Assembly (NCBI GenBank): GCA_955652915.1
Contig: CATPCJ010000247.1
Coordinates: forward strand, 1 to 60,479
DNA from: an uncultured Bryobacteraceae bacterium
GTDB taxonomy: Bacteria > Acidobacteriota > Terriglobia > Bryobacterales > Bryobacteraceae
Length of the DNA stretch: 60,479 nucleotides
Direction: 5' to 3'
Below are positions 27,208 to 36,390 of the stretch, one piece after another. The translations under genes were made by a program, and so were the position numbers. Below the pieces are notes generated by a model that was not told where the DNA came from, did not search any database, and saw nothing but the letters and a program-made list of their open reading frames with translations. Positions within the stretch are counted from its first letter, which is position 1. Each line of letters opens with the position of its first letter.

Positions 27208-28023
27208 TCATTTCTTTTCGTGCACGTCAGCCGCCTTCGCGCGTTCTGGCTCTCCCTTCACTCCGGTTTCATTCAGAATGACGATATCCACTCGCCGATT
27301 TTTCGCCCTGCCCTGATCTGTCTGGTTATTGTCGACCGGGGCTGTTTCGGCGTAGCCGGCAATGGAGAGTCTCTCGCGGGACTCTCCGAAGTGTACCAGC
27401 AGTTCCAGCAACGCGATGCTTCGGGCCGCCGACAGTTCCCAGTTGCTGCGGAACCGTGAAGTGTGGATGGGAATTGCGTCGGTGTGGCCTTCCAACCGCG
27501 CGGGATTCGGGACTTGCTTGATGGCTTTGGCGATCTTCTCAATGCTGTGGTAAGTGTCCGGCGCGATGATGTCCTCGCCCGAAAGGAATAACGCGGCTTG
27601 AGTGAAGCTGATTGTTATCCCGCGGGCGCCCATGCTGATTTGAAGCTTGCCGGCCTTGATCTCCTGCTCCAGTTCTTTGGTCAGGAGATTCATCGAGGGC
27701 AGCAGTTCCACCACCTGCGCTTGCGCTTTTGGGTCGGCAACTTTGGGTGTCGGTTTTGCTCCACCCGGCCCCCTCATTTGGGCGTTTCCAACCCCTGTCG
27801 TGTCCACCGTCCCGCCCATGATTACCTTCACCATGCTGGCAAAAGAATCGCCCTCGATCGCCTTATTGACTGAGTCCGAGACTTGCTGCGCTTTCGCTTT
27901 GTCGGTCTGCGAAGTGGCGAACATCACCACGAAGAAAGCGAACAGCAGCGTGATGAAATCGGCGTAAGACACCAACCACCGCTCGTGATTCGCATGTTCA
28001 GCGTGTTTTTTTTTCCGCGCCAT
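27208..28023 (-). CDS. motB: flagellar motor stator protein MotB (OmpA-like C-domain)
   Basis: N-terminus HERWLVSYADFITLLFAFFVVMF, and OmpA-like LEGHTD...SNWELSAARS...NRRVDIVI. Confidence 0.85.
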   Translation of the reverse strand: MARKKKHAEHANHERWLVSYADFITLLFAFFVVMFATSQTDKAKAQQVSDSVNKAIEGDSFASMVKVIMGGTVDTTGVGNAQMRGPGGAKPTPKVADPKAQAQVVELLPSMNLLTKELEQEIKAGKLQISMGARGITISFTQAALFLSGEDIIAPDTYHSIEKIAKAIKQVPNPARLEGHTDAIPIHTSRFRSNWELSAARSIALLELLVHFGESRERLSIAGYAETAPVDNNQTDQGRAKNRRVDIVILNETGVKGEPERAKAADVHEKK

Positions 28024-28041
28024 GTGGTTCGCGATCCGATC

Positions 28042-28908
28042 CTAGGCGCCCGCGCCTTCCGGCTGCGGCTCGGCGGCCGGTTGTTTTCCCTTTTTGGCTT
28101 TCGCCTCGGCCTTGACGCCATGACGATAGGCATCCAACTTGCTGCTGATCAATTTTGGATTCAACCCTTCCACGATTCCAATCACCCCTTCGAGCTTGAG
28201 TTCTTTTAGTTCCATATCGCTTTGAATGCGGCACTTGATCTTGTTTGCCGCCGGCAGTAGAAAGAGATTCGCGATAGCCACTCCGTACACGGTGGCCACG
28301 AAGGCCACCGCGATTCCGTGTCCGACCTCTTCGATGTTGGCGAGATTCTTCATCACCTGAATCAGGCCCATCACCGCGCCAATGATGCCGACCGTGGGCG
28401 AATAGCCGCCGGCGCTTTCGAAGACCTTGGCCTCCTCCTGCGCCCGGTGCTCGCTGATTTCCATCTCGAGCTGCATCATGCCGCGGATCTCTTGTATGTC
28501 GGTACCGTCCACCCCCAGGGTCAGTGCCTTCCGCAAAAAAGGATCCTTGATCTCCATGGCCTCGCGTTCCAGTGAAACCAGTCCGTTCTTGCGCGCCTTG
28601 GTGGCGTAGCCAATCAGTTCTTCGATGGCGGCGTCGGGCGGCTGCGTCTTGTCCAGAAACACGTGAATGAGCCGCAGCAACGCGCCTTTCAACACCACCA
28701 GCGGAGTACTCACCATGACCGCCCCGAAGGTGCCGCCGAGCACGATCAAGGCGGCGGTAAATTGCGCAACGTCTTTGATCTTGCCGCCTTCCAGCAACAG
28801 ACCTCCGAGAATCCCTCCCATTGCCAGTACAATTCCACCGATACTCGCAAAGTCCAGGCGCCCTCCCGCCGGTTTCTTGGTTTTCTCCGCCGCCACTTGA
28901 TCCGCCAT
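28042..28908 (-). CDS. motA: flagellar motor stator protein MotA
   Basis: MotA/TolQ/ExbB channel motifs (GGYSPTVGIIGAVMGLI, AFVATVYGVAIANL). Lies directly upstream of motB. Confidence 0.85.
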   Translation of the reverse strand: MADQVAAEKTKKPAGGRLDFASIGGIVLAMGGILGGLLLEGGKIKDVAQFTAALIVLGGTFGAVMVSTPLVVLKGALLRLIHVFLDKTQPPDAAIEELIGYATKARKNGLVSLEREAMEIKDPFLRKALTLGVDGTDIQEIRGMMQLEMEISEHRAQEEAKVFESAGGYSPTVGIIGAVMGLIQVMKNLANIEEVGHGIAVAFVATVYGVAIANLFLLPAANKIKCRIQSDMELKELKLEGVIGIVEGLNPKLISSKLDAYRHGVKAEAKAKKGKQPAAEPQPEGAGA

Positions 28909-28914
28909 ATCTTG

Positions 28915-29136
28915 TTAGTACCCCTCGTTGCGTGTCTGGCCAACGGGGGGAAGCTGATCGGTAATCGAGCGGCGAAATTCGATCACCTTTCGAATCACTT
29001 CATCGGCGGATTCCAACACCATGAACTTCTGCCCGGTGGTCATCGCGATCAGCGTATCGGGGGTGACCTCTAAGTGCTCAATCAGGTCGCAGTTAAGAAC
29101 GAGCGGCACATGGTTTATACGCGTGAGCCGGATCAT
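28915..29136 (-). CDS. flbD: flagellar protein FlbD
   Basis: MIRLTRINHVPLVLNCDLIEHLEVTPDTLI... is typical of FlbD. Lies 6 nt upstream of motA. Confidence 0.7.
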   Translation of the reverse strand: MIRLTRINHVPLVLNCDLIEHLEVTPDTLIAMTTGQKFMVLESADEVIRKVIEFRRSITDQLPPVGQTRNEGY

Positions 29137-29287
29137 TTGGATACCCAAACTCCTTATCGGTTCCACCCACCGGTTTGTTAGTAACAGGTTTTGTGGCGCG
29201 GCCTCTCAGGCTGCAGCATCGAGACTCGTCTCGATGCTCTTCGTGGGAAAGAGTCTCGAGGCCGCGGACAAAGTGTCCCCGCCACGC

Positions 29288-29704
29288 CTATCGCAGGATC
29301 GCTAGAATTTCCGTCAGGCTTTTGCGGATCTCACGGAACAATGGCGCCGGATCGCTAAAGAGATCGCCCTGCACTCGCGCCGATTTCTTCGCGGCGCCGT
29401 CGGAAGTCTTAGAATGCGGTTCACGGGTGCGCGTGTCGAGGTGTTTCCGCGCGCCCTCGATAGTGAAACGCTTGTCGTAGAGAAGACGCTTGATCTCCAA
29501 CACCAATTCCACGTCCTTACGCCGGTACAAACGGTGACCCTTGCCTGACTTCTTCGGGCCGAGATTTGAAAACTCCGTCTCCCAGAACCGCAATACGTAG
29601 GGCTTGATACCGGCCAACCGGCTGACCTCGCCAATGCGGAAGTACAGCTTATCCGGGATTTCGAGCACCTGATTTTCAGCGGCGGTGTCCAACATACTGC
29701 GCAC
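29288..29704 (-). CDS. MerR-family transcriptional regulator
   Basis: YFRIGEVSRLAGIKPYVLRFWETEF...HRLYRRKDVELVLEIKRLLY. Confidence 0.8.
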   Translation of the reverse strand: MRSMLDTAAENQVLEIPDKLYFRIGEVSRLAGIKPYVLRFWETEFSNLGPKKSGKGHRLYRRKDVELVLEIKRLLYDKRFTIEGARKHLDTRTREPHSKTSDGAAKKSARVQGDLFSDPAPLFREIRKSLTEILAILR

Positions 29705-30527
29705 ATTCTATCAAAGCCCGCTGTCCCTTACACTGGTAACTACGAAACGCGAGCCACACTCTTCGCCGCCCGAAACAAAACGCAACACCGGCATCCTGGC
29801 CGGGGTCCATCCGGTACGGGAAGCCTTTCGCGCCGGCAGAACGCTCGACCGCATTCTGATCGCCCGCGGCGCAGGCGGTCCGCGGATACAGGAAATTGTG
29901 GATCTGGCCCGCGAGCGTTCCGTGCCGGTGCGCTTCGAACCCCGCGATGCGCTCGACCGCGCTTCGAATAGCGCCACGCATCAGGGCGTCGTGGCGTTCA
30001 GCGCCGCGCAGAAATATGCCGGGCTCGACCAAGTTCTGGAAGGGGCGCGACTGCTGGTGGTATTGGATGGCGTGGAAGATCCGCACAACCTGGGCGCCAT
30101 CGTCCGAACCGCGCATGCCGCCGGCGCAGCGGCCATTCTGGTTCCCGATCGCCGTGCCGCCGGACTCACCGAAACCGTCGCGAAAGCCGCTGCCGGCGCG
30201 CTCGAACACCTGCCGGTAGTTCGCGTTGGCAACATCAGCCAGACCTTGGAAGGTCTGAAGAAAAAAGGCTACTGGATTTATGGGCTGGACGAACGCGGCG
30301 ATCACGTCTATAGCGAAACGGACTTCGCTACGCCCACGGTGGTCGTGCTCGGCGGCGAAGGTTTGGGACTGCACCAGCTCGTCAAAAAGCATTGCGATGT
30401 TTTGCTGCGCATTCCGATGGCAGGCGTCATTGCCTCGCTCAATGTGTCGGTGGCCGCCGGGATCGTACTCTTCGAGTGGAAGCGCCGAAGCAGTCTTCAA
30501 CCACAGCCTGCTAGAATGAAAACATAA
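29685..30527 (+). CDS. rlmB: SpoU/TrmH-family 23S rRNA 2'-O-methyltransferase (RlmB-like)
   Basis: GVHPVREAFRAGR...VLDGVEDPHNLGAIVRTA...LGGEGLGL...IPMAGVIASLNVSVAAGI. The true start may be downstream of 29685. Confidence 0.75.
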   Translation: MSNILRTFYQSPLSLTLVTTKREPHSSPPETKRNTGILAGVHPVREAFRAGRTLDRILIARGAGGPRIQEIVDLARERSVPVRFEPRDALDRASNSATHQGVVAFSAAQKYAGLDQVLEGARLLVVLDGVEDPHNLGAIVRTAHAAGAAAILVPDRRAAGLTETVAKAAAGALEHLPVVRVGNISQTLEGLKKKGYWIYGLDERGDHVYSETDFATPTVVVLGGEGLGLHQLVKKHCDVLLRIPMAGVIASLNVSVAAGIVLFEWKRRSSLQPQPARMKT

Positions 30528-30599
30528 CATCTGAGTGCGGCCGGACCGCTTTTCGCTCCGTCCGCCTGTCGTCATCATCCTGAGATCACTGATAGCCGC

Positions 30600-33500
30600 A
30601 TGTCTGCTGTTTCCGATCAATTCGAATTAGGTCTAGGCTTCGTCTTTGAGGATCTCTATCGCTACGAAGGCCTTGCGCGGCTGGATCAAGTATTCCTTTC
30701 GCACCTGGATCTGACGGATCCTGGGTTGCACGGGCGATTGATCGATGCTCGAACCGATCCCAAGAGGCTTTCGCCCAAAGAAGCGTCCGATCTGATCATT
30801 GACGTTGCTCCGTTCGTCGAAGATTTTCTCGGCGAATTGTTTGGCATCGCAAAAGAGATACAAGCGCTTCAAGCCCGTCACAATCAACTCGCCCCGATTC
30901 TGGCGTTCAAGCGTAAGTTCGTCCAAAAGCGTGCGATTAGCGGAGTCACAAGAGAACAAGCATCCGCCATCAATGGGCTGTCGCTCGCCGCCGAGCTGGA
31001 TTGCTTGTTCGGCGAACCCTTGACCCAATCGAGCTTTTTCCAACATGTTTCACGATGGCTTGAGAACGAAGTGGAGCATGCCCCTTGGATTCAAATCGCC
31101 GCCCGTTACGCCGCCTGGGCAGCGCTCTCGCCAGCCGGCGTTCGCAGGCACCACGGGGATGTTCTCTTCAAAGTTCCGCACAAACTTGACCCGTTCCACT
31201 TGATTCCGGTGGAGGAAACCGCCGGCCAGGGACTCGTAAAATTACGCTTGCCCGAGGAGCGTTGGCGCCATCGCCAAGGATTCAAACTCACTGACGCGGG
31301 CATGGATCTCGGCGGCGCGCTGGATCAGGCCCACTACTGCATCAAGTGCCACAACCAGGGCAAAGACAGTTGCTCATCAGGATTGAAAGAGAAGACGGGC
31401 GAATTCAAAAAGACGGTTTTCGGCGTTACCTTGGCGGGCTGTCCCTTGGACGAAAAGATTTCCGAGATGAACGTCGTCAAGGAGCGAGGCAACAGCGTGG
31501 GAGCTCTGGCCATCGTCACCATCGACAATCCGATGGCGGCGGGGACCGGACATCGCATCTGCAACGATTGCATGAAGGCCTGCATTTTCCAGAAGCAGGA
31601 CCCGGTGGACATTCCGCAGATCGAAACGCGCACGCTGAAGGATGTTTTGGAACTCCCGTGGGGCTTCGAGATTTACAGCCTGCTGACTCGCTGGAACCCG
31701 CTGAATTTCGCGCGGCCGATGCCGCTTCCACCCAGCGGATACAAAGTTCTGGTGGTTGGACTGGGACCGTCGGGCTTCACGCTGGCGCACTACCTGATGA
31801 ACGACGGCCACACCGTGGTGGGCGTCGACGGCTTGAAGATCGAGCCGCTGCCGGAGGAGTCGGCGGGAGTGAATGTGCTGGGCGAGCGCACTCGCTTCCA
31901 GCCCATCCGCGACATCCGCGACATTTATGAATCGCTCGACGATCGCGTGATGGCGGGATTCGGCGGAGTTGCCGAGTACGGCATCACGGTCCGCTGGGAC
32001 AAGAATTTCCTGAAAATCATCCGTCTGCTGCTGGAGCGGCGGCAGCAGTTCACCATGTTCGGCGGTGTGCGCTTCGGCGGCGCGCTGACTGTTGAGAGCG
32101 CCTTCGAAATGGGGTTCGATCACGTGGCGTTGTGCGCCGGCGCCGGCCGCCCCACCGTGATCCCCATGAAGAACGGGCTGGCGCGCGGCGTGCGGCAGGC
32201 TTCGGATTTTCTCATGGCCCTTCAATTAACCGGCGCCGCGAAGAACAACTCGGTGACGAATTTACAGATCCGCATGCCCATCGTCGTGATCGGCGGGGGC
32301 CTGACGGCCGTCGATACGGCCACCGAATCCCTGGCGTACTACGTGGTGCAGGTTGAAAAATTTCTGGATCGATTCGAGCACCTGGCCGCCGATAGAGGCG
32401 AGCACGAAGTTCGCGCGAACTGGAGTGACGAAGAGACCGAGACCGCCGGCGAGTTCATCTCGCATGGGCTGGCCATCCGCGGCGAGCGCGAAGCAGCCGC
32501 TCGCGAAGGCCGGCCGCCAAATCTTATCCGCCTTTTGAATTCCTGGGGCGGCGTCACCATTGCTTACCGGCGGCGGCTGATCGATTCGCCTAGCTATACA
32601 CTGAACCACGAAGAAGTTTGGAAAGCCCTCGAAGAAGGCATCCGCTTCTCCGAGTGCCTGGCGCCCGAAGCGGTGGAGGTGGACCGCTACGGACACGCGG
32701 CGGCGTTGCATCTGACGCGCCGGCCCATCGATCCAACCACCGGAAAAATGGCGGAGACTGGCGACCCGGCCGTGCTGCCGGCGAAGTCGATTCTGGTGGC
32801 TGCCGGAACACAGCCGAATACCGTGCTGGGCCGCGAGGATCCGGAAAACGTATTTCTGGATGGCCGCTGGTTCCAGGCCGTGGACGAGGATGGGCAGCCG
32901 GTGAAGCCGGAGAGAATCGCGAAGCCCAAGATCGCGCGCGTTCTTACTTCCATTCGCCCCGATGGCCGGGGCATCAGTTTCTTCGGTGACCTGCATCCCT
33001 CTTTCGCCGGCAACGTCGTAAAGGCCATGGCGAGCGCGAAGCAAGGCTATCCGGTGGTGTCGCGCCTGTTGTCTCGAAGGCCGCCCGCGCAGCCCGCACC
33101 CTCCGAACTGGTAACGCGCTTGAACGCGGAATTGCGTGCGGTGGTCCAGGATGTGGTCCGCCTGACGCCGAATATCGTCGAGGTGGTGGTGCGCGCGCCG
33201 ATGGCCGCGCGCGCTTTCGAGCCCGGCACGTTTTACCGTCTTCAGAATTACGAGACGCTGGCGATGCGCGTGGAAGGCACCACGCTTGCCATGGAAGGCC
33301 TGGCGCTCACGGGCGCGTCCGTGGATCGCGCCCGGGGCCTGCTCTCCACCATCGTGCTCGAAGTCGGCGGGTCCTCCGATCTCTGTACGCTCTTGAAGCC
33401 CGGCGAACCGGTGATTCTCATGGGGCCCACCGGGACGCCCACGGAAACTCCGTCGCGCGAAACCGTTCTGCTGGTGGGTGGCGGATTGGGGAACGCTGTG

Positions 33501-34118
33501 CTGTTCTCCATCGGTCTCCAATTGCGCGAAAGCAAATCGAGAACCATATATTTCGCCGGCTACAAGCGAATGATCGATCGCTACAAGGTGGAAGAAATCG
33601 AGAAAGCGGCCGACATCGTGGTATGGTGCTGCGACGAAGCGCCGGGGTTCACCCCAAATCGGGTCCAGGATAAAGCTTTTGTGGGAAACATCGTGGACGC
33701 GATGGCTGCATACGCGCGTGGGGATCTGGACGAACCCGAAATTCCCTTCAGCCAGGTGGACCGGCTGGTGGTGATTGGCTCGGACGCGATGATGCACGCG
33801 GTACAACGGGCGCGCCACGGAGTTCTTGCGCCCTATCTCAAGCACGGCCACAAGGCGATCGCCAGTATCAACTCCCCGATGCAGTGCATGATGAAGGAAA
33901 TTTGCGCGCAGTGCCTGCAACAGCACAAAGATCCGATAACGGGCGAGGAGACCGTGGTTTTCTCGTGCTTCAATCAGGACCAGCAGATGGATCACGTGGA
34001 CTTCGCCAGTCTTCACACCCGCCTGTCGCAAAACGGCGTGCAGGAGAAGCTGACCAAGCAGTGGATCGATCGCTGCCTGCGGCAGATCGGCGCGCGCGAT
34101 GAGCTAGTGGCCGGCTAG
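30600..34118 (+). CDS. large multidomain FAD/NAD(P)-dependent oxidoreductase (glutamate-synthase-small-subunit-like plus PyrK/ferredoxin-reductase-like)
   Basis: Rossmann motifs VLVVGLGPSGF and VVIGGGLTAVD, Cys clusters CIKCHNQGKDSC and C..CMKAC, and a C-terminal CMMKEICAQC 2Fe-2S-like motif. Confidence 0.65.
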   Translation: MSAVSDQFELGLGFVFEDLYRYEGLARLDQVFLSHLDLTDPGLHGRLIDARTDPKRLSPKEASDLIIDVAPFVEDFLGELFGIAKEIQALQARHNQLAPILAFKRKFVQKRAISGVTREQASAINGLSLAAELDCLFGEPLTQSSFFQHVSRWLENEVEHAPWIQIAARYAAWAALSPAGVRRHHGDVLFKVPHKLDPFHLIPVEETAGQGLVKLRLPEERWRHRQGFKLTDAGMDLGGALDQAHYCIKCHNQGKDSCSSGLKEKTGEFKKTVFGVTLAGCPLDEKISEMNVVKERGNSVGALAIVTIDNPMAAGTGHRICNDCMKACIFQKQDPVDIPQIETRTLKDVLELPWGFEIYSLLTRWNPLNFARPMPLPPSGYKVLVVGLGPSGFTLAHYLMNDGHTVVGVDGLKIEPLPEESAGVNVLGERTRFQPIRDIRDIYESLDDRVMAGFGGVAEYGITVRWDKNFLKIIRLLLERRQQFTMFGGVRFGGALTVESAFEMGFDHVALCAGAGRPTVIPMKNGLARGVRQASDFLMALQLTGAAKNNSVTNLQIRMPIVVIGGGLTAVDTATESLAYYVVQVEKFLDRFEHLAADRGEHEVRANWSDEETETAGEFISHGLAIRGEREAAAREGRPPNLIRLLNSWGGVTIAYRRRLIDSPSYTLNHEEVWKALEEGIRFSECLAPEAVEVDRYGHAAALHLTRRPIDPTTGKMAETGDPAVLPAKSILVAAGTQPNTVLGREDPENVFLDGRWFQAVDEDGQPVKPERIAKPKIARVLTSIRPDGRGISFFGDLHPSFAGNVVKAMASAKQGYPVVSRLLSRRPPAQPAPSELVTRLNAELRAVVQDVVRLTPNIVEVVVRAPMAARAFEPGTFYRLQNYETLAMRVEGTTLAMEGLALTGASVDRARGLLSTIVLEVGGSSDLCTLLKPGEPVILMGPTGTPTETPSRETVLLVGGGLGNAVLFSIGLQLRESKSRTIYFAGYKRMIDRYKVEEIEKAADIVVWCCDEAPGFTPNRVQDKAFVGNIVDAMAAYARGDLDEPEIPFSQVDRLVVIGSDAMMHAVQRARHGVLAPYLKHGHKAIASINSPMQCMMKEICAQCLQQHKDPITGEETVVFSCFNQDQQMDHVDFASLHTRLSQNGVQEKLTKQWIDRCLRQIGARDELVAG

Positions 34119-34121
34119 CCG

Positions 34122-34556
34122 ATGCAACGCCGCTCGGGAACGACATCCATCAGCGGGGGACAGGATTCAATTCTCACACGGGCCAAGCAAGCAGTGGATC
34201 GGGCGCTTCCATTGTTGGACGGGCTGTCCCCGTTGAATCCGGACGCTGGGGATGACGTTGAGGCCCTCAAAACCATCGTGCGAAAACAAATGCTTGCCTT
34301 GGTTGAAGAACTCGGCCCGCCCCGTGTGTCGCGCGTGGGGCAAATATTCCGCTTGCTGGGTGGCCCTGATATCAGTGCGGCTCGCATCTCTCCCAATTCG
34401 ATTGGCGGAACACTGGGAACTCTTCGAGACCAATTCGGTTTCACCTCCTCGACGGAACGGGAGCCGAATCTCGCGAATTTTCGCGCTATCGCCCAGTCGA
34501 TAATTTCACTAGCGCAGACTTGGTTCTCGGTCCGGCGGCTCGGCCGCGGGCATTAG
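34122..34556 (+). CDS. hypothetical protein
   Basis: 144-aa ORF starting 3 nt after the upstream stop. No motif recognised. Confidence 0.4.
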   Translation: MQRRSGTTSISGGQDSILTRAKQAVDRALPLLDGLSPLNPDAGDDVEALKTIVRKQMLALVEELGPPRVSRVGQIFRLLGGPDISAARISPNSIGGTLGTLRDQFGFTSSTEREPNLANFRAIAQSIISLAQTWFSVRRLGRGH

Positions 34557-34575
34557 TCGTGCTATCGTTGCTCCG

Positions 34576-35427
34576 ATGCCGACCGCGCGTGACATTCTTT
34601 TCGTGGCCCTCGGTCTTTTTGGGGCCGCCTACAGTTGGATCTGGTTCACCGGCAAGGGACGCGCTCCAATACTCGAACTGGTGATCGGGTTTGTCACTAA
34701 TTTTTTTGACACGCTAGGAATCGGTTCGTTTGCTCCCACGGCGGCAATTTTCAAGTTCCGGAAAATAGTTCCGGATGAACAAATCCCGGGAACGCTGAAC
34801 GTCGGCCATACGCCGCCCACGATACTCCAGGCATTTCTGTTCATCGCAATGGTTAAGGTGGACATGCTGACCCTGGTGTTGATGATCTCCGCGGCTGTAA
34901 TTGGGGCCTGGTTTGGAGCCGGGATCGTGGCCGGTCTCTCCCGGCGTAAAGTGCAGATCGGGATGGGTGTCGCACTTCTGGCCGCGGCGGTATTGTTTTT
35001 GATGAAGAACTTGAGTCTTCTTCCAGCGGGCGGAACCGCGATGATTCTCCAGAATTGGAAACTCGCGGCGGGCGTAGTTGGAAGTTTGGTGCTGGGGGCG
35101 CTCATGACCCTAGGCATCGGCTTGTACGCACCCTGCATGATTCTGGTGAGCCTGCTGGGAATGGATCCGACGGCGGCGTTTCCAATCATGATGGGCTCTT
35201 GCGCATTTCTGATGCCGGTCGCCAGTGCGCGATTCATTCGCAAGGATTGCTATGCCCCGCGAGCATCACTTGGCTTGGCATTGGGAGGCCTGCCCGCGGT
35301 CTTGATCGCGGTGCTGATCGTGAAGTCGCTTCCGTTGACGGCCGTGCGATGGCTGGTGGTGGTCGCGGTGACTTACGCGGCGATTACGATGTTGCGCTCC
35401 GCGCGGGAGAGCGATTCCCGAAACTAA
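34576..35427 (+). CDS. TauE/SafE (TSUP) family membrane transporter
   Basis: Multiple TM helices and FFDTLGIGSFAP, with an internal repeat architecture. Confidence 0.75.
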   Translation: MPTARDILFVALGLFGAAYSWIWFTGKGRAPILELVIGFVTNFFDTLGIGSFAPTAAIFKFRKIVPDEQIPGTLNVGHTPPTILQAFLFIAMVKVDMLTLVLMISAAVIGAWFGAGIVAGLSRRKVQIGMGVALLAAAVLFLMKNLSLLPAGGTAMILQNWKLAAGVVGSLVLGALMTLGIGLYAPCMILVSLLGMDPTAAFPIMMGSCAFLMPVASARFIRKDCYAPRASLGLALGGLPAVLIAVLIVKSLPLTAVRWLVVVAVTYAAITMLRSARESDSRN

Positions 35428-35429
35428 CA

Positions 35430-36335
35430 TCACGCCAAGAAGTCGAACAGCGTCGTCCTCGGAAGTTTTCCCCGGGATTGCAGCGCCGCCTGTTGCTGCA
35501 GTTGGGCCTGGTTCAGCTCCGTGATGGACTGGGTCAGATCGGCGTCTTGGATACCGCTTAGCGCCGTTTCCAACTGGGTCTGCCGGTTCTTGCTGAAATC
35601 CAGACCACTCGTCACCTGATTCTGAAGGTTTCCATAGGATGCTAACTGGCTGTTGAGGTAGGCTCCCGAGGTTTGAAGATCGGCAACGGCGCTGGTGATG
35701 CCGGCTTGATCGTTGTTCAACAGGGCCGTCCGAAGATTAGCGACCACCACAAAGACGTTCTGCTGCCGACTCGGGCCGTCGAAAATCTCTTGAGCGGTCT
35801 TGCCGGCCGGGATGAGCGTACCATTCCCATCCTGGACCTGGCGCGTGGCAGCCGACCCTAGATAGGCGCTAACAGGATTCGCTTGCGTGAGATCGATCGT
35901 GTATGGCGCTGTCTGGTCGCTATTGCCGCTGAAAATATAACGGCCATCGACAGTGGTGTTGGCGATAGCGACCAGGCGTTGGAGTAACGAGCCAACTTCG
36001 CCCGCGAGATCTATTCGATTTTGCGCGCTTGCGGTTCCCGTGGCGCCTTGCGTGGCCAAGGTTTGAGCCCGTTCCAGGATCGTAACCGCGGACTGAATCG
36101 CCGTTTCCGCCGAGTCTACTTCTGTTTTTACGCGTCCAAGGTTAGCCTCCGTCTGTTTGGCGCTAGCCAGCTCCGACCTCGTTTGCCACAGAGCGCCGAT
36201 CTGATCGGGAGCGTCGGAGATGGTGTTGAGCTTGAGGCCCGAGGTCAGCTCCCGTTGCGCGCGCTCGCTCCGCTGCTGGATTTGGTTCATGCCGTACAGG
36301 AAGCGTAGAGATTCGGAATCAAGGGAGCTTATCAT
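35430..36335 (-). CDS. flgL: flagellar hook-associated protein 3 FlgL
   Basis: Flagellin-type N- and C-terminal helices (RELTSGLKLNTISDAP...; ...QAALQSRGKL). Confidence 0.8.
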   Translation of the reverse strand: MISSLDSESLRFLYGMNQIQQRSERAQRELTSGLKLNTISDAPDQIGALWQTRSELASAKQTEANLGRVKTEVDSAETAIQSAVTILERAQTLATQGATGTASAQNRIDLAGEVGSLLQRLVAIANTTVDGRYIFSGNSDQTAPYTIDLTQANPVSAYLGSAATRQVQDGNGTLIPAGKTAQEIFDGPSRQQNVFVVVANLRTALLNNDQAGITSAVADLQTSGAYLNSQLASYGNLQNQVTSGLDFSKNRQTQLETALSGIQDADLTQSITELNQAQLQQQAALQSRGKLPRTTLFDFLA

Positions 36336-36390
36336 TGTCTTCTCTTCTGGTGTCTTCTCTTCTGGTGTCTTCTCTTCTGGTGTCTTCTCT
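36336..36390 (-). repeat. perfect 15-nt tandem repeat x3.7 filling the whole flgK-flgL intergenic region
   Basis: On the plus strand the unit tgtcttctcttctgg starts at 36336, 36351, 36366 and 36381 (partial). On the mRNA strand it reads CCAGAAGAGAAGACA. Confidence 0.9.

Noticed and set aside
27208-28908. MotA/MotB pair as a Zorya-type (ZorAB) defence module
   Set aside because: Their sizes are those of normal stator proteins. FlbD lies directly upstream and other flagellar genes are in the window. No ZorC/D-like large genes are adjacent.
32262-34031. 589-aa minus-strand ORF, and similar antisense ORFs at 16633..17688, 22298..23299, 31377..32225, 40688..41593, 46293..47195, 52245..53000 and 56832..57581
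   Set aside because: Each lies fully inside a motif-bearing gene on the other strand (oxidoreductase, alr, methyltransferase, PHM-like, tartrate dehydrogenase, mutase, bEBP). All are low-complexity Arg/His/Gly-rich shadow frames.
36336-36390. Tandem 15-mers, and the 23-nt direct repeats at 57891-57946, as a CRISPR array
   Set aside because: The units are too short or too few. The 15-mers have no spacers and the 23-mers have only a 10-nt spacer. No cas genes are present.
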